Shown here: piece by piece, positions 1 to 13,256 of the stretch
Layout of the letters: the number at the start of each line of letters is the position of its first letter
Position numbering within the stretch: position 1 is the stretch's first letter
Assembly (NCBI GenBank): GCA_949358305.1
Contig: OX442314.1
Location: forward strand, 25,668,001 to 25,732,000
Direction of reading: 5' to 3'
Source: Strigamia acuminata
Lineage: Eukaryota
DNA length: 64,000 nucleotides
Position numbers and translations under genes: made by a program
The notes under the pieces: generated by a model
The model's input: only the letters and a program-made list of their open reading frames with translations
What the model was told of the DNA's origin: nothing
The model's database searches: none

Positions 1-407
1 ATTCGGTTCAACCTTCTTAAAACACGTGTTTGTTCCAGCAAATCGTCTTCTTTAGATCTCTGAACGGTCCACTTGTTTTATCGTTGTCTCCGAACGTTTC
101 CGTCACAAAAGCAATTGTCTTCTCGTTTTATACTTCAATCGTTTCGTCTACTTATTCGTCTTTAGTTCGCATGAATTTGTTGTATCCCACTTCTGATGTA
201 AACTATCTTAAATCTAAGAGTAGCTGACTTGAAAATAACATAACATGCACGCTGCTTAGTTTAAATTCAAGATCTTTATTCTAATTTCAACACGAAAAGA
301 AACGCTCCTATTGGCTAATTACAAATACGTTATCAAGACCTTTTCGTCTCGATCCCTTTCTCGTTCTCGTGTTCGTTTCGTGTTTCTCGGAAACCCGAAA
401 GTTCACA
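1..407 (-). mobile_element. 5' end of a decayed mdg3-like Ty3/Gypsy element: LTR 197-407, PBS 184-196
   Basis: Minus strand TGTGAACT...AGTTTACA (211 bp, inverted termini) is followed directly by TCAGAAGTGGGAT, the complement of tRNA-Leu lacking its 3' five bases, as known for mdg3. Confidence 0.75.
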
Positions 408-702
408 GAATGCTAAAAACAATGACGGCTATTCGTTTCAGAATTTCATAAAGGGGTAAATAAATTTTTTTAAATACTTTACGACCGCAAACATTCGATT
501 GAATAGCATAAATAGTTTTTGCTTGAGTTTGTGATATTTCTCATTTTTCTCACAAAAAATAAATTCGTACAAAAATTAAACCAATGTAATTTTATAAGTT
601 CAACCATCAACTATATCAGTTATTGATAAAATCATAAAAGCAATTACCGATAACACACAGCCTTAGGCAGCCAGACTACAATATCTCACTGATGATATAA
701 GA

Positions 703-3700
703 ATGGAACCAAAAAGTTACACAAACATCATGTTTGAATACTATCAAAGCATTATTTTGATAGCAATCATAACTATATTGCTATATTTAAAACCACGAAA
801 AAATTTACCACCGGGACCATGCGGATTGCCAATAGTTGGATATCTCCCATTCTTAAAACAACCGTCTTATAAAGCGGTCACGAAATTGGGAAAAAAGTAT
901 GGAAATGTCGTTAGGTAAATATTAGCAAATAAAAATTTATTAGGAACTTTTTAAAAATATTTGTATAGTTTCTATTTAGGGAATGTGTTGGTGATTGTGT
1001 TGAATGATTACAATGCCATCAAAGAAGCTTTCGTAAAGCAGGGAAACATATTTTCTGGGAAACCCAAAGTTCATATTTTTCGTTTTAGTAAAACTGCTAA
1101 GGGTAATATTTTGTGTTGACTTTCTGCACAGTTGATTTTATAATTTTGGTTTCAGGTCTAATGAATGCAGAAGGTGAAACAGCGAGTCAGCATCGACGTT
1201 TCATTCTTTCAAGTTTCAGAGAAGTTGGAATGGGTAAAACGAGTCTCGAGCCACAATTAATGGTACATGTTTACATAAAACATTTTCTACTTATGAAACA
1301 GTCAAATTTGAAATCACCAATCACGTGTCAAAAAAATATGAAATTGTGAACTTTATCAAGTCATCAGATTAGCAAACAGGAGTATCTACGATAATTGATT
1401 TTACTTTCAAAACAAGGCGAATAAACTACACTTTAGATTTTTCAATGACGTACTTGCTGCCCTCAAATTGCTTGTTTAAACATAGTAACTTGTAACCCTC
1501 CCCGTTAAAGCTGAAGATCTGTCTTGATGAAAGTAGTAACATTTGTGTGGTAATGTTTGCATACCCTGAATTAAAATTGAAGTAGTTTGATGACTGGTGA
1601 TTTGAATACGGCATTCAATTCAGATAGCACATATAGGTTTGCCAGAGAAACCTGATGCTTTTAAAATTTTCGGGTACCCGTTCCAACAGCGAATCATCTA
1701 AGGGCGAATTTCCAAAATTTGCCATTGGAAAGCTATTTTAACGTATCCAATGGCGAATCTGGGAAAATTCGCCATTGGAAACGTATATATTGAAATTCGC
1801 CATTGGAAACGTTAATTGCGTTTCCAATGGCGAATCTGTGGGCGTCATCTACCACGACTTCCAATTCATGTCGCCCTAGATGTGCGCCTCTGTGGCTAAT
1901 TTCTACCAATTCGCCATTAGAAAGGTCCAAATACGTTCCCAATGGCGAATTGGGAGAAATTTGCCATTGAGACTGCTTTTGGACAGAATAAGATCGAAAT
2001 TCGCCATTCGTCCGAATGGCCAGATTCACCGTTAGGCGATTCGTCGTTGGAACGGCACCCCAAATTTTCATTTGAAACTAAAACCATTATACGGAGTTTG
2101 AAATGCCATTCTTATATCTGCAAAATTATATCACTCGGATGCTTTCCTTGTGAGCCAGAGACCTGAAAATTTTTATATGCTTATTTCTAAGCCACCATTT
2201 TGACTAGAGTAGTCATTGTTAGGGGAAGCAATACCTCAACCAACGCCATTTTAGACATAATGGTTCTAGTTTCAAATAAAAATTTGAAATAGTTACAGAA
2301 TACCGGTATTATATTTTCAAAATCATCAGGTCTCTTTGGCTCGCCCTGGATCTGGAATTAATTTTAAAATTAATTTTAGGTCGAAATTAAATGTTTTTTG
2401 AATGAAATCAGAAAGGAAAATGGAAAGCCAATGGATTTGGAGCACACCTTACATGCAAGCATCTCAAACGTAATAGCAATGTTTGAATTTGGAAATCGAT
2501 TTGAATACTCTGACAAAGAATTTAGGCAGCTAATAAAAATAGTTTCAAATAATGGGACATTCCTTAGTGCTTTGTCAAAACATATATTCCTTCCTTGGAT
2601 AAAATATATCCCATTTACAGGCATGTCTGCAGGATTTCAAAAACTAAAGTATTTATTCTTTAACATCATTCATCCCGTGTTGTACAGACATAGATCATCA
2701 AAAGTATAACTTGTGTTTTATATTTTAAGAGATGCTAGAATATTTATGGCAAAGTTCTTTCCTAATAAATTGCAACAACATGAAAAGAGCTATGTTGAAG
2801 GAAGCAGGACAAATTACATTGATGCTTATCTCACCGAAAGAAATTCTATCATAAAAAAAACAGGCTCTGAAGGATATTTTAGTAGTAAGTCTAAAACGAG
2901 TAATACCTTGTTCGCACAAGAAAGTTTGGGCTAGCCCAAAGTTTAAATCTGGTTCTGGCCTGATATTGGCTTAAAAAGTCAGGCTAGAGCGTTCGCACCA
3001 AAAAGCAAAAAGCCACATAACTTATCTAGGCTAGCATGCAGCCAATAGACAATCAACTGACCATGTTACGCCCAGAATTATGGGAAGTGACCTTAGCAGT
3101 TATCTAGTTCTTTGGCAATTATCTAGTTCACAAGACAGGATTAGAATTATCTAGTTTAAAAATTTTTAAACTAGATAATTTTAGGCTAGATGCGTTTTAG
3201 GCTAGATTTAAACTTTGGGCTAGCCCAAACTTTATGGTGCGAACAAGATACCGGGTGGCCCACACAAAACTGGCCCAACAATACAAGGAGGGTTACGAAG
3301 TGCCATCAAATCTGAAAAATTCGGACAAAAATTGATGCAAAATGCAAATATCTCGAGAACGAAAGCTCGGATCGTCAAAAACTAAATTAGTTAATGGGAA
3401 ATAGAAATTTGCAAATGGGACAAAGTTTCAGAATACAGTGACTCAAAAAATTGTTCACATGTTTGTGGTAGTATCTTTAATTGGCAAAAAAAAGATATAT
3501 AACGATTCTCACATGGAAGAACGACGCTTTTTCAGTCATATCTTTTTTGTTTTTTGAAATTTTTAAAAATTATTTACTTTTTCTGAAAGATCATGAGCTA
3601 TTTGTGTTAAAATTTAAAATATTTTCTTTCTGAGAAATCGTTATATATCCTTTTTTTGCCAAATAAAGGTACTACCACAAACATGTAAACAATTTTTTGA

Positions 3701-4546
3701 GTCACTGTAGCTCTAATGTTTTCTCTTGGTGAATAAGTGACTATTTTTCATATCTTGTTTTCAGAGGAAGAACTGTTATTTAATTTGAGAGTTCTGTTTG
3801 CTGCTGGTATAGGACCAACAACTGGATCTTTACTTTGGAGCATTTTTTACATCCTGAAATATCCACAAATGGGGAACAAAATATTACAAGAAATTAACGA
3901 CGTTATAGGTCAGCATAGAGATCCAAGTTACAATGATAAAAGCAAGATGCCTTATACAGAAGCTTTTACGCTGGAAGTTCACAGGCACAGTTTATTATTT
4001 CCATTCTCTCTTGTTCACAGGTTTGGAAATAGAAATAGAAGAGCGGGGATTGCCTATAATTCTATATTTATGTGTAAAATTCATTGTCTGACATAGCAAT
4101 ATGGAAGAAACCAGTCTTTACGGATTCACCATTCCGAAAGGCTCTTACGTGGTAGGAAATCTGTGGGCAGTACATAACGACAAGAATCTGTGGAAAAATC
4201 CTGGTGAATTTAATCCAGAAAGATTTATTAATGGGCAAGGAAAAGTCGAAAAACCAGAACACCTCATTCCTTTTTCCATAGGTAAAGTGAGAAAGAGTTT
4301 TAAAAATCTCATCCTAAAAATCAAATCATATGTTTGTCTAATATCTCAATTTTTTCTTATATTAAAATAGGCAAACGAAACTGTATTGGAGAGTCCCTAG
4401 CAAATATGCAATTTTTTCTTTATTTAACAACATTGCTGCAAACTTTTCGTATAAAACTGCCACAAGGAGAAACATTATCAACTGGTGCTGAAGGTAGAAA
4501 TGGGCAGTTTCCGAAAAGCTTCAAAATTTGTGCGATAACAAAGTAG
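703..4546 (+). CDS. Cytochrome P450, CYP2 clan (CYP-A), 8 exons, about 497 aa; atypical I-helix
   Basis: Exons 703-914, 969-1102, 1156-1262, 2380-2648, 2730-2884, 3765-4020, 4097-4281, 4371-4546 (GT-AG, sum 1494 nt). N-terminal anchor, PPGP, EVHR, PERF and [10 protein letters not shown] heme motif present. Confidence 0.93.
1672..2061. mobile_element. MITE-like element in CYP-A intron 3
   Basis: Imperfect TIRs (CCGTTCCAACagCGAATC / GATTCGtcGTTGGAACGG), many internal TTCGCCATTGG/CCAATGGCGAA repeats, candidate 8-bp TSD AAATTTTC. Confidence 0.75.
2904..3250. mobile_element. MITE in CYP-A intron 5
   Basis: About 45-bp TIRs: CTTGTTCGCAC..AAAGTTTGGGCTAGCCCAAAGTTTAAATCT and its reverse complement. 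Confidence 0.8.
3436..3707. mobile_element. Tc1/mariner-type MITE in CYP-A intron 5
   Basis: About 70-bp TIRs beginning CAGTGACTCAAAAAATTGTT, with TA on both flanks. Confidence 0.88.
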
Positions 4547-5139
4547 AGAATTTAATTCATTAACTTTTAAATGTTGAAAAACTTGACGTAATTTCCCTGT
4601 TTTAAGTATTAAATCTATTAGTAAAGTATGTAGAAAAAATTATCCACCCAATAAAAACCTGGAATTATTAGCCAATAATTATTTTCATTTCAGAACAATA
4701 TTTTTGGCAGTTTAGATAAATAGCAAAAAAAGAAAATTATATTGTAGGATGGAAAACAAATTACAAATACAGTAACATGTGTCGCGCTTGGTCTGTCAGT
4801 TTTTTTTGGGTTGACGTTCACACTCAGAATCTAAGAGTTGAGGCTCGGTCGAGAGCTGAGTGAGAAGTGATTATGTAAAGTTAAATTGCCCAGAAAAAAA
4901 CGTTTAGTGGACGTATATGCTCGAAACGTCCAAGCCCTTCCGGGTGATGTATTAGGGGCCGAAATACACAATGTCCAACAAAACCAAAACAAATTCGTGT
5001 GATATAATATGCGAAATGTCATTTCAATGTCATTTAATGAGTCCAAACATCAGTTATTGATAAGATAAACTATAAACCAACTTAACCGATAACAGCATAA
5101 GACAGTCACAGTCACATAGAACATCTTACTACTATAAGT

Positions 5140-7696
5140 ATGGAACTAAAAAAATTCACAGACATCATGTTTGAATACTATCAAAGCATTATTTTGATAG
5201 CAATCATAACTATATTGCTATATTTAAAACCAAGAAAAAATTTACCACCGGGACCATGGGGATTGCCAATAGTTGGATATCTCCCATTCTTAAAACAACC
5301 GCCTTATAAAGCAGTCACGAAATTGGGAGAAAAGTATGGAAATGTCATTAGGTATGTATTAAATCCCAAACACAAAATGTCATTATTATTATTATTTTTT
5401 ACTATTTGTTTAGTTTTTACTTTGGGAATATATTGGTGATAGTGTTGGGTGATTATAACGTTATCAAAGAAGCTTTTGTGAAGCAAGGAAACATATTTTC
5501 TGGGAAACCCAATTTTAATCCTTTTCGTTTCACTAAAACAGCTAAAGGTAATGGTTTACTTGATTACTTAATGTTATGTTGGTTTTATGATCGTGGTTTC
5601 AGGTCTTATGGTGGCAGAAGGCGAAACAGCGAACCAGCACCGACGCTTCATTCTTTCATGTTTCAAAGATTTTGGAATGGGTAAAACCAGTCTCGAGCCA
5701 CAAATAATGGTACATGTTTGCATATACCACTTTTTGCTTATGAAACAATGAAATTTGAAATCACCAATCACCTGCCAAAATAAAATTAAATTGCGGACTT
5801 TATCAAATAATCAGACTAGTGTAACAAGGATGTTGTGATAACTACACTCCTTTCTATCATAGTCAGATCTTTGAACACTCTGAGATGCTGTGTCCGCATT
5901 TCTGGTTTTTTATTCATTTATGCATTTCAAGAAAATGCATTTGTGATTCAGTTCTGCATTTAAAATAATGCAACACGGAAATCCCTTACTACTTACTTCA
6001 CCTTTTTCTTGATTTTCGTTCTGACGCCAAGAAATTAGCGGGTGCTTGTTTCTGGCCGAGAAAAGTAGCCAAACCGATCAAAGACGAGCTCAGGAATCGG
6101 TTTCTGCATTCAAAAGTTGCATAGCATGCACCGTTTGGGAGATATGGCAAAAACCAAGTTTTTCGCCTGTAACTTTACAACGGTACACGATATGAATAAA
6201 TGGATTTCAGAAATGATTCCTCAGCTCATTTCCGATCGGATAGGCTTGTTTTCCCAGTCAGAAACGACCTGCAACTTTCTAGATATCGCATCTGGAACTG
6301 ATTTTAAAATAAATTTTAGGAAGAAATTAAATGTTTTTTGGATGAAATCAGAAAAGAGAATGGAAAACCTATGGATTTGAGACATTCATTACACGCAAGC
6401 ATCTCAAACGTAATAGCAATGTTTGAATTTGGAAAACGATTTGGATACTCGGACAAAGAATTTAGCCGGTCAATAAAAATAATAACAAATACAGGGCAAT
6501 TCCTTGGAGCTATGACAAGACAGACATTTCTCCCTTGGATAAAATATATTCCACTTCCAGGCATGACTGCAGCATTTCAAACCCTAAAGTACTTAATATC
6601 ACGCATCCTCACTGCTGACTGCTGATGATCTTCAAAATTGTTACTTTAAAGTAGTTCGCGAATATTAATGACGAACTTCTTTTCTGAAAAACTGCAACAA
6701 AATGAAAACAACTATGTGGAAGGAAGCAGGACACATTACATTGATGCTTTTCTCACTGAAAGAAATTCTATCATCAAAAAAACAGGCTCCGAAGCAAATT
6801 TTAGTAGTAAGTCTGAAACGAGTAATGGGAAATCAAAATGTGGAAATGGGAAATATCTCGTAATCTTTTCTCATCAGGGATAAATAACTATTTTACATTT
6901 CTTATTTTCAGAGGAAGAACTATTAGCTAATTTAAGAGTTCTGTTTGCTGCTGGCACGGACACAACTACTGCAGTTTTACTTTGGAGCGTTCTTTACTTC
7001 TTGAAATATCCAGAAATGGGAATCAGAGTGTTACAAGAAATTAACGACGTTATTGGTCAAAACAGAGATCCAACTTTCAATGACAAGACCAATATGCCTT
7101 ATACGGATGCTTTTATGCTAGAAGTTCACAGGCACAGTTCATTACTTCCATTTTCGCTTGTTCACGGGTATGTATAAAGAAATATAATGTTGTCCTTACC
7201 AAATATAACCGAATTTCATTATAATTCTATTTATTTATATCTAATATCCATTATCTGACAAAGCAATATGGAAGAAACCACTCTAAACGGATACACTATT
7301 CCAAAAGGCTCTTACATAGTAGGAAATCTGTGGGCAGTACACCACGACAAGAATCTGTGGGAAAATCCTGATGAGTTTAATCCAGAACGATTCATCAATG
7401 AACATGGAAAAGTGGAAAAACCGGAATATTTAATTCCTTTTTCAATCGGTAAACTTCGATAATCTACAGTTCTAAGCAATATTAATTGAAAATCACAAGT
7501 GTTTGCTATTTTAACAATAGGTAAACGAAATTGCATTGGAGAAGCCTTAGCAAATACGACATATTTCCTCTATTTCACAACATTACTTCAACATTTTGAA
7601 ATCAAACTTCCAGAAGGAAAAACAGTATCAATGGAGAATCAACTTGGGATTATAAGATTGCCTGAACCGTTCAATATTCGTATGATAACAAAGTAG
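5140..7696 (+). CDS. Cytochrome P450, CYP2 clan (CYP-B), 8 exons, about 497 aa
   Basis: Exons 5140-5351, 5414-5547, 5603-5709, 6320-6588, 6652-6806, 6912-7167, 7264-7448, 7521-7696, the same lengths as [28 protein letters not shown]. Confidence 0.93.
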
Positions 7697-8452
7697 TAAC
7701 CTTACAATAAACAGTACACCCCTTCAATACCTCAAATGAACCTCCGAACAAAGCTCACATTCATACAACAGACATGTAAACATAATAAACATAACAGTAA
7801 ACATAATAAATCATCTGATAACACGAGAATTTTGTGTAAAATCCTGTGCTGACTGTAGTGGAACGATAAAAACAGCACGACCTTTGGATCGTCGTATTCA
7901 AGGTCTCTCTTAGTCACGAATTTCATAGTTGTATCAAATGATGTTTTCATTATGACTCAAAATGTTGAATTAATATTTCATTATCTTTGTAACACAAGGA
8001 GGTCATCATCCTATTAACAAATAGTTCTAATACTCATGTTGAGTTAATTCTTTATTGAATGTCACCTGGTGTAAAACATGTAACACAGTTGCAGTGTTTT
8101 ATTAAAGGCGCCAACTTTTTCCAATATTTTTTCATTTTTTATTTTAAAATACTCATACGCACTGATCACGTTAAATTAAGATAGAATTACGTTTTATGTT
8201 TTGTGTTTTGGATTTGCACTAAATTGTCTCACCAAATCCCTAATTCTAATTTTCGTTCGCTCAAATTAATTAATTTTAGTAAGTGCGTACTAAAAAATCC
8301 CAACAAAGCGCCAACCATTTAATCTAATCATTCAAGTCTCATATACCAAGGTCAAAAGCAAATGGCCATCATATCTATTTTTTTAAATATCGTCGTATAT
8401 AAAGGATTATCATTATCAACATCAACCTTTTTAGCACATAACTGCAATGACA

Positions 8453-11400
8453 ATGGAACTAACAAATTTCAACAATATCATTTACGAATACAGCCAAATT
8501 ATAACTGGGCTGACAATCATCATTACTGCGTTGCTGTACTTGAAACCACGTAAAAATTTGCCGCCAGGACCGTGGAGCTTGCCGATAGTAGGTTATCTTC
8601 CATTCTTGAAAAAACCGCCTCACTTAGGAATTACTGAGTTAGGAAAGAAGTATGGCAGTGTCATGAGGTAAATTTTATACTAAAAATTAACATTTTGTTA
8701 AATAAATATTTTGTTATCGTAGCTTTTACTTAGGGAGTGTGTTGGTCATAACATTGTGTGATTATAAAGCCATTAAAGAAGCATTTGTAAAGAAAGGAAA
8801 TATTTTTTCTGCGAAACCAAAAGCCAATGTTTTTAAATTTAGTTCCAACGACAAAGGTAGAAATCCTTTTCTTATTTTCTATATCAATTATGCTGATATT
8901 TTAAAATCTGTGTGTTCATTTTATGATATTTTTAGGTCTTTTGATGTCCGACGGCGAAATAGCCAGTCAACATCGTCGGTTTATTCTTTCAAGTTTCAGA
9001 GATTTTGGAATGGGGAAAACCAGTCTCGAGCCACAATTAATGGTACTTGTTGCATTTTCGGCTCTTAAGGTGGAAACACAAGGGAGCGAGTAAAATTTAA
9101 AAGCTTGCTTTTACTTGAAAAAGCAACTAAAATCTCGCCCGCTTGAGCAAACACCAACTTGCGTTTTTATTCAAAGCTTTGTTTTGAAGCGAGCTTGTAC
9201 TCACTGTACCCGCTCCAGGTTCAAGCTTGCTGGTGTTTTGGTCATGTGACTTTGACAGCCAATCAGAATCGTGAAAAAATTGTTGTACACACATTCGTGA
9301 TTCGGCTATCAGTTCAACTGTAATAGATAAAAAAAATCATATTTACCACATAAAACAAATGTTTAATAAATATTGCAGCTAGAAATCAAGTACTTTATGG
9401 ATGAAATCAGAAAAGAAAATGGAAAAGCTATAGATTTGCAACCACTGTTACGCACAAGTGTGTCAAATGTAATATCTATGCTTGAATTTGGGAAGCGATT
9501 TGAATACTCAGATGAAGAATTTATTCGCCTTAGAAAATTGGTAACAGACAACGCACAATTTAATGGATCTTTGGCAATACGTGTATTCCTTCCATGGATA
9601 AAATATATCCCCTTCAGTGACAAATTTATAGGATTTCACAAGACGAAGTAAGCTACTTTTGACTCCCAAAGACTAAAAGCCCTTCCTTGAATATTTTCTT
9701 TCTGAAATATTTACCATTTCAATTGTATTGTTTCTCATTTTCGGGCAATATTTCTAGGCGAGCTATTAGGTTAAAGAAACTACTGCCCCCAAATTTCTAG
9801 TTGGAAAAATACGAAACAGCTCTAACTCCATGAAGTAGAATTTAAAAATCTTTGGTTGACCTAAAGCAGCATTTCGCAAGCCGGTTTTTGGAGCTTCTAT
9901 ATTTCTAACATGTCTAACATGGGCCCGTCACTCACAGGGCGGTTAGCCCGTGAGTGATGTGGTCGGTTGGCATATGACATTCTGATGTGGTACTTACCTA
10001 CAGCCCATGTAGCTGCTCAAGAAGGTTGCAACAAGGACATCTCCCTGTCACTGAGCGTCACAGTGGTGAATGGGAGAAAAGCAGAGTCAACTCGGGCACT
10101 GCACTGCCCAGGCTGGCTACGGGACCTCACTAGCACACGTCCTCACCCGGTGCTGTCCAAACTCTCTCTCCCACACCACTCAGCTCCCTCCTTCCCCACT
10201 GGGTCAGTCTACCCTGCAAGAGGGGTGACCAGGGGCTAGAGAGCAGTGTGTGGAGTGACGTGGGTCACTGTGGATGGCCAGACAGTCACAAATTTGTTCC
10301 CATAGCTCAACCTATCCAGATTTCCCGATACTTAATTTGTTCTCAGTCCAGCCCTGGCTGTAGTTGTAAATAAAATCGACTGTACAGGGTGAGTCAAAAC
10401 TGTGGTTCCATCAAAATAATTTGGATACGGTTGAAGGGAGAAATTCTAAAATTTTCATGCAATATAAATCAAGTGTGCTCTTTTCAATGAACTTAATTTC
10501 AATACTAAATAAAGTGTGCTCTACAACTTTTCAATTGGAAATTTTGTCTTAGCTTCGATGGTTTCCAAGATATAGTAATAACGTGACCCTGAAAAAACAT
10601 TTCAAGGTCTTTGAAATGAAGTTCATTGGAAAGAGCATACTTGAAAATTTCTGAATTTTTCATTCAACCCTATCCAAATTATTTCCATTAACCACCCTGT
10701 ATCGGCCATATACTAGTACTCTCCATTACAGTATAAAGTGAAACATATACTGCAGCCACTACAGCACTGTCCTGCCAATGCCAACAGAGTAAATTTCCAA
10801 AAGTTCTCCAATTTGTCTTATCTTTCCTTACTTCTAACTCGAAACATTTTTTATTTATAGAGAAGGTGTAAAAGTTGTTAAAAACTTTTTCTACAAAAAA
10901 GTACTACAACATGAAAGAAACTATACCGAAGGAAGCCGAACGCATTTTATTGATGCTTCTATTACCGAAAGAAATTCTACCATAAGAAAAACAGGTTCAG
11001 AAGGATGTTTTTCTAGTAAGTCAAATTCAAACTAAATCAAACAGCAATAGCTACGGGCGCAATTAAAGGCCTAAGTAAAAATCACTCGTTACGGTAGGCG
11101 TACTAAGCCTAACACTGCCTGGGAGCGATCACTATGCGAATATCAGTGTCACTTGTGTTAAAATTGATCACTAAAATAAAGATCCTTTACCTGACCGGAT
11201 GAAACAGACATTAAGTCAACTTGTGTCAACTTGTGCTCGCTTCCAATTGTCGTCTGTGGAGCTAATGCCTGCTCAGGCATATTCTATACACACAATTGTT
11301 TAAATTAATAGATTGAATTACCTTTTCAGAAGATGAACTTGTTGGAAATCTAAGGGCTTTGTTTGGTGCTGGCACTGAAACTACGACTTCTCTTCTACTC

Positions 11401-12370
11401 TGGAGTATTCTTTACATCCTAAAATATCCAGAAATAAGAAAAAAGGTTTTACAAGAAAATAACGATGTTATTGGTCATAGCAGAGATCCTACTTTCAGTG
11501 ACAAAAACAACATGCCGTATACTAGTGCGTATCTGTTAGAGGTCCACAGACACGCATCAATAGTTCCATTCACTCTTGTTCACAGGTATGTAAAATCTAA
11601 TTTAATTTAGTGTTTACTATAATTAATTTACTTAAATAGCAACATGGAAGAAACCAATGTTTCTGGATTCACTGTTCCAAAACACTCTTACGTAATAGGA
11701 AATTTATGGGCAGTACATCATGACAAAGATTTGTGGGAAAACCCTGATGAATTCAATCCCGATAGATTCTTGAATGAGCAAGGAGAAGTTCAAAAATCAG
11801 AATATCTTATTCCCTTTTCTATAGGTAAAATTTTGTTTTGGTTGGATTTTCGTGACTTAATATATAGTGAGAAGTTGTCAGAAGTAATATACCAGGGGGG
11901 GGGGGATAATAGTCAGGATAATAAGGTCAGCACGAATCTTCTTAATTATCAAGTAATTAGATGAATGCACTACTGGATTGCGCACTGCAAATGGCGTCCA
12001 GTTTGTGAGACGACGCATTGTTGAGGCGAAGTGACGTCATAAATGCTCTCCAACTTCCTGTTTCGCGTCTTACTCCACCAATTTCAATCCAACTTGATAT
12101 CGCAATTTTTTCCATCGCAAATCCGGTCATCGCAAATTTGGACCTCGCCCATATAAACAATTTAATATTCCTTTTATTCTTTTTGATTTATTTTAAACAG
12201 GTAAACGAAACTGCATTGGCGAGTCTCTAGCAAATACTCAAAATTTCCTATACTTTACAACATTACTTCAAAATTTCAAGATAAGACTCCCAAAAGGAAA
12301 TACTGTGTCGATGGACTTTCAATTTGGGGTTGCATTGAGTCCCAAACCATTCAAAATTTGTATGACCTAA
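8453..12370 (+). CDS. Cytochrome P450, CYP2 clan (CYP-C), 8 exons, about 496 aa
   Basis: Exons 8453-8667, 8723-8856, 8936-9042, 9379-9647, 10861-11015, 11330-11585, 11640-11824, 12201-12370. [24 protein letters not shown]. Alternative ATG at 8447. Confidence 0.9.
10385..10699. mobile_element. Tc1/mariner-type MITE in CYP-C intron 4
   Basis: TA|CAGGGTG...CACCCTG|TA with subterminal inverted repeats AATAATTTGGATAcGGTTGAA / TTCAACCcTATCCAAATTATT. Confidence 0.8.
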
Positions 12371-12420
12371 AAGCAGAGCAACAATTTTACAATCAATAAA
12401 ATCATTTATTTACTAAGCTA

Positions 12421-12865
12421 TACTCTTTCCACACTCAAAATACCCCCCTGGAAGTTTGGCTCCCATTGGCCAAGCCATTTCACTTGTGTACTGATACAAA
12501 AAGAAGACCCAAAACACCAGAAATGCATTACACAGACATACAGATGTAAATACAAATACAGACATTGCAATCGATTTCCCATTGTTTGGAAATTGTTTGC
12601 TCTCCAGACATAGCAAGCAATAAAATTAAAATAAATGCATTTTATTTAAAAACAACATAAAATTTTATTTTCAAATTAGAAAATATATTTTATTACACAA
12701 TAACATTAAATGTAGATCATTTTTTCCATTATTATTCAGGAAAAGACTCAAAATCAAAGGGAACTACTTTTCCTCATAGCAGTAGTTCAACTGCAGTTCT
12801 GAGTGATCAGATTAGGCCAATGGGAGCCAAGCTTCCAGGGGGGTATTTCGAGTGTGGAAAGAGTA
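12421..12865. mobile_element. MITE downstream of CYP-C
   Basis: About 50-bp TIRs TACTCTTTCCACACTCaAAATACCCCCCTGGAAGtTTGGCTCCCATTGGCC, TA flanks. Confidence 0.85.
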
Positions 12866-13189
12866 TAGTCAACGTGGATTCTCATTATCATTAATAATCT
12901 TAGGCTTTGCACAGGATAATACAACTGCCTTGTCCCATTTGCTTCAAAAATATATTGTAATTATATAATCTTTTGCATTGAAATTAATAACCACGGATTT
13001 TAGACCTACAAAGACAATTGATCGTTGCACGCTGATCTAATATCTTTAGTTAATAATTGATAGGCATGAATACACAATAACCCTTTGTTTTATTTTTCTT
13101 TAAATTGAGAAAAGAAATTAATACGACCCATAATTTATCATCAAGCAAGACAAACATAACATGTCAACATCTATCAACTGACCATAATT

Positions 13190-13256
13190 ATGGACTTAAC
13201 AAATTTTACCAATATTCTGTTTGAACACTACCAGACCATTATTCTGATAGCAATTA
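13190..13256 (+). pseudogene. CYP-D-like 5' fragment (upstream region from about 12995 plus the first 22 codons) cut by a Copia insertion
   Basis: MDLTNFTNILFEHYQTIILIAI is nearly identical to the CYP-D start at 15658. The upstream region is also duplicated. Confidence 0.85.

Noticed and set aside
6649..6654. Broken splice acceptor in CYP-B exon 5
   Set aside because: AAGTAG is a tandem NAGNAG acceptor and both choices keep the frame.
703..12370. Specific CYP family names, substrates or host species
   Set aside because: Cannot be assigned without phylogenetic searches; only clan-level similarity is supported.
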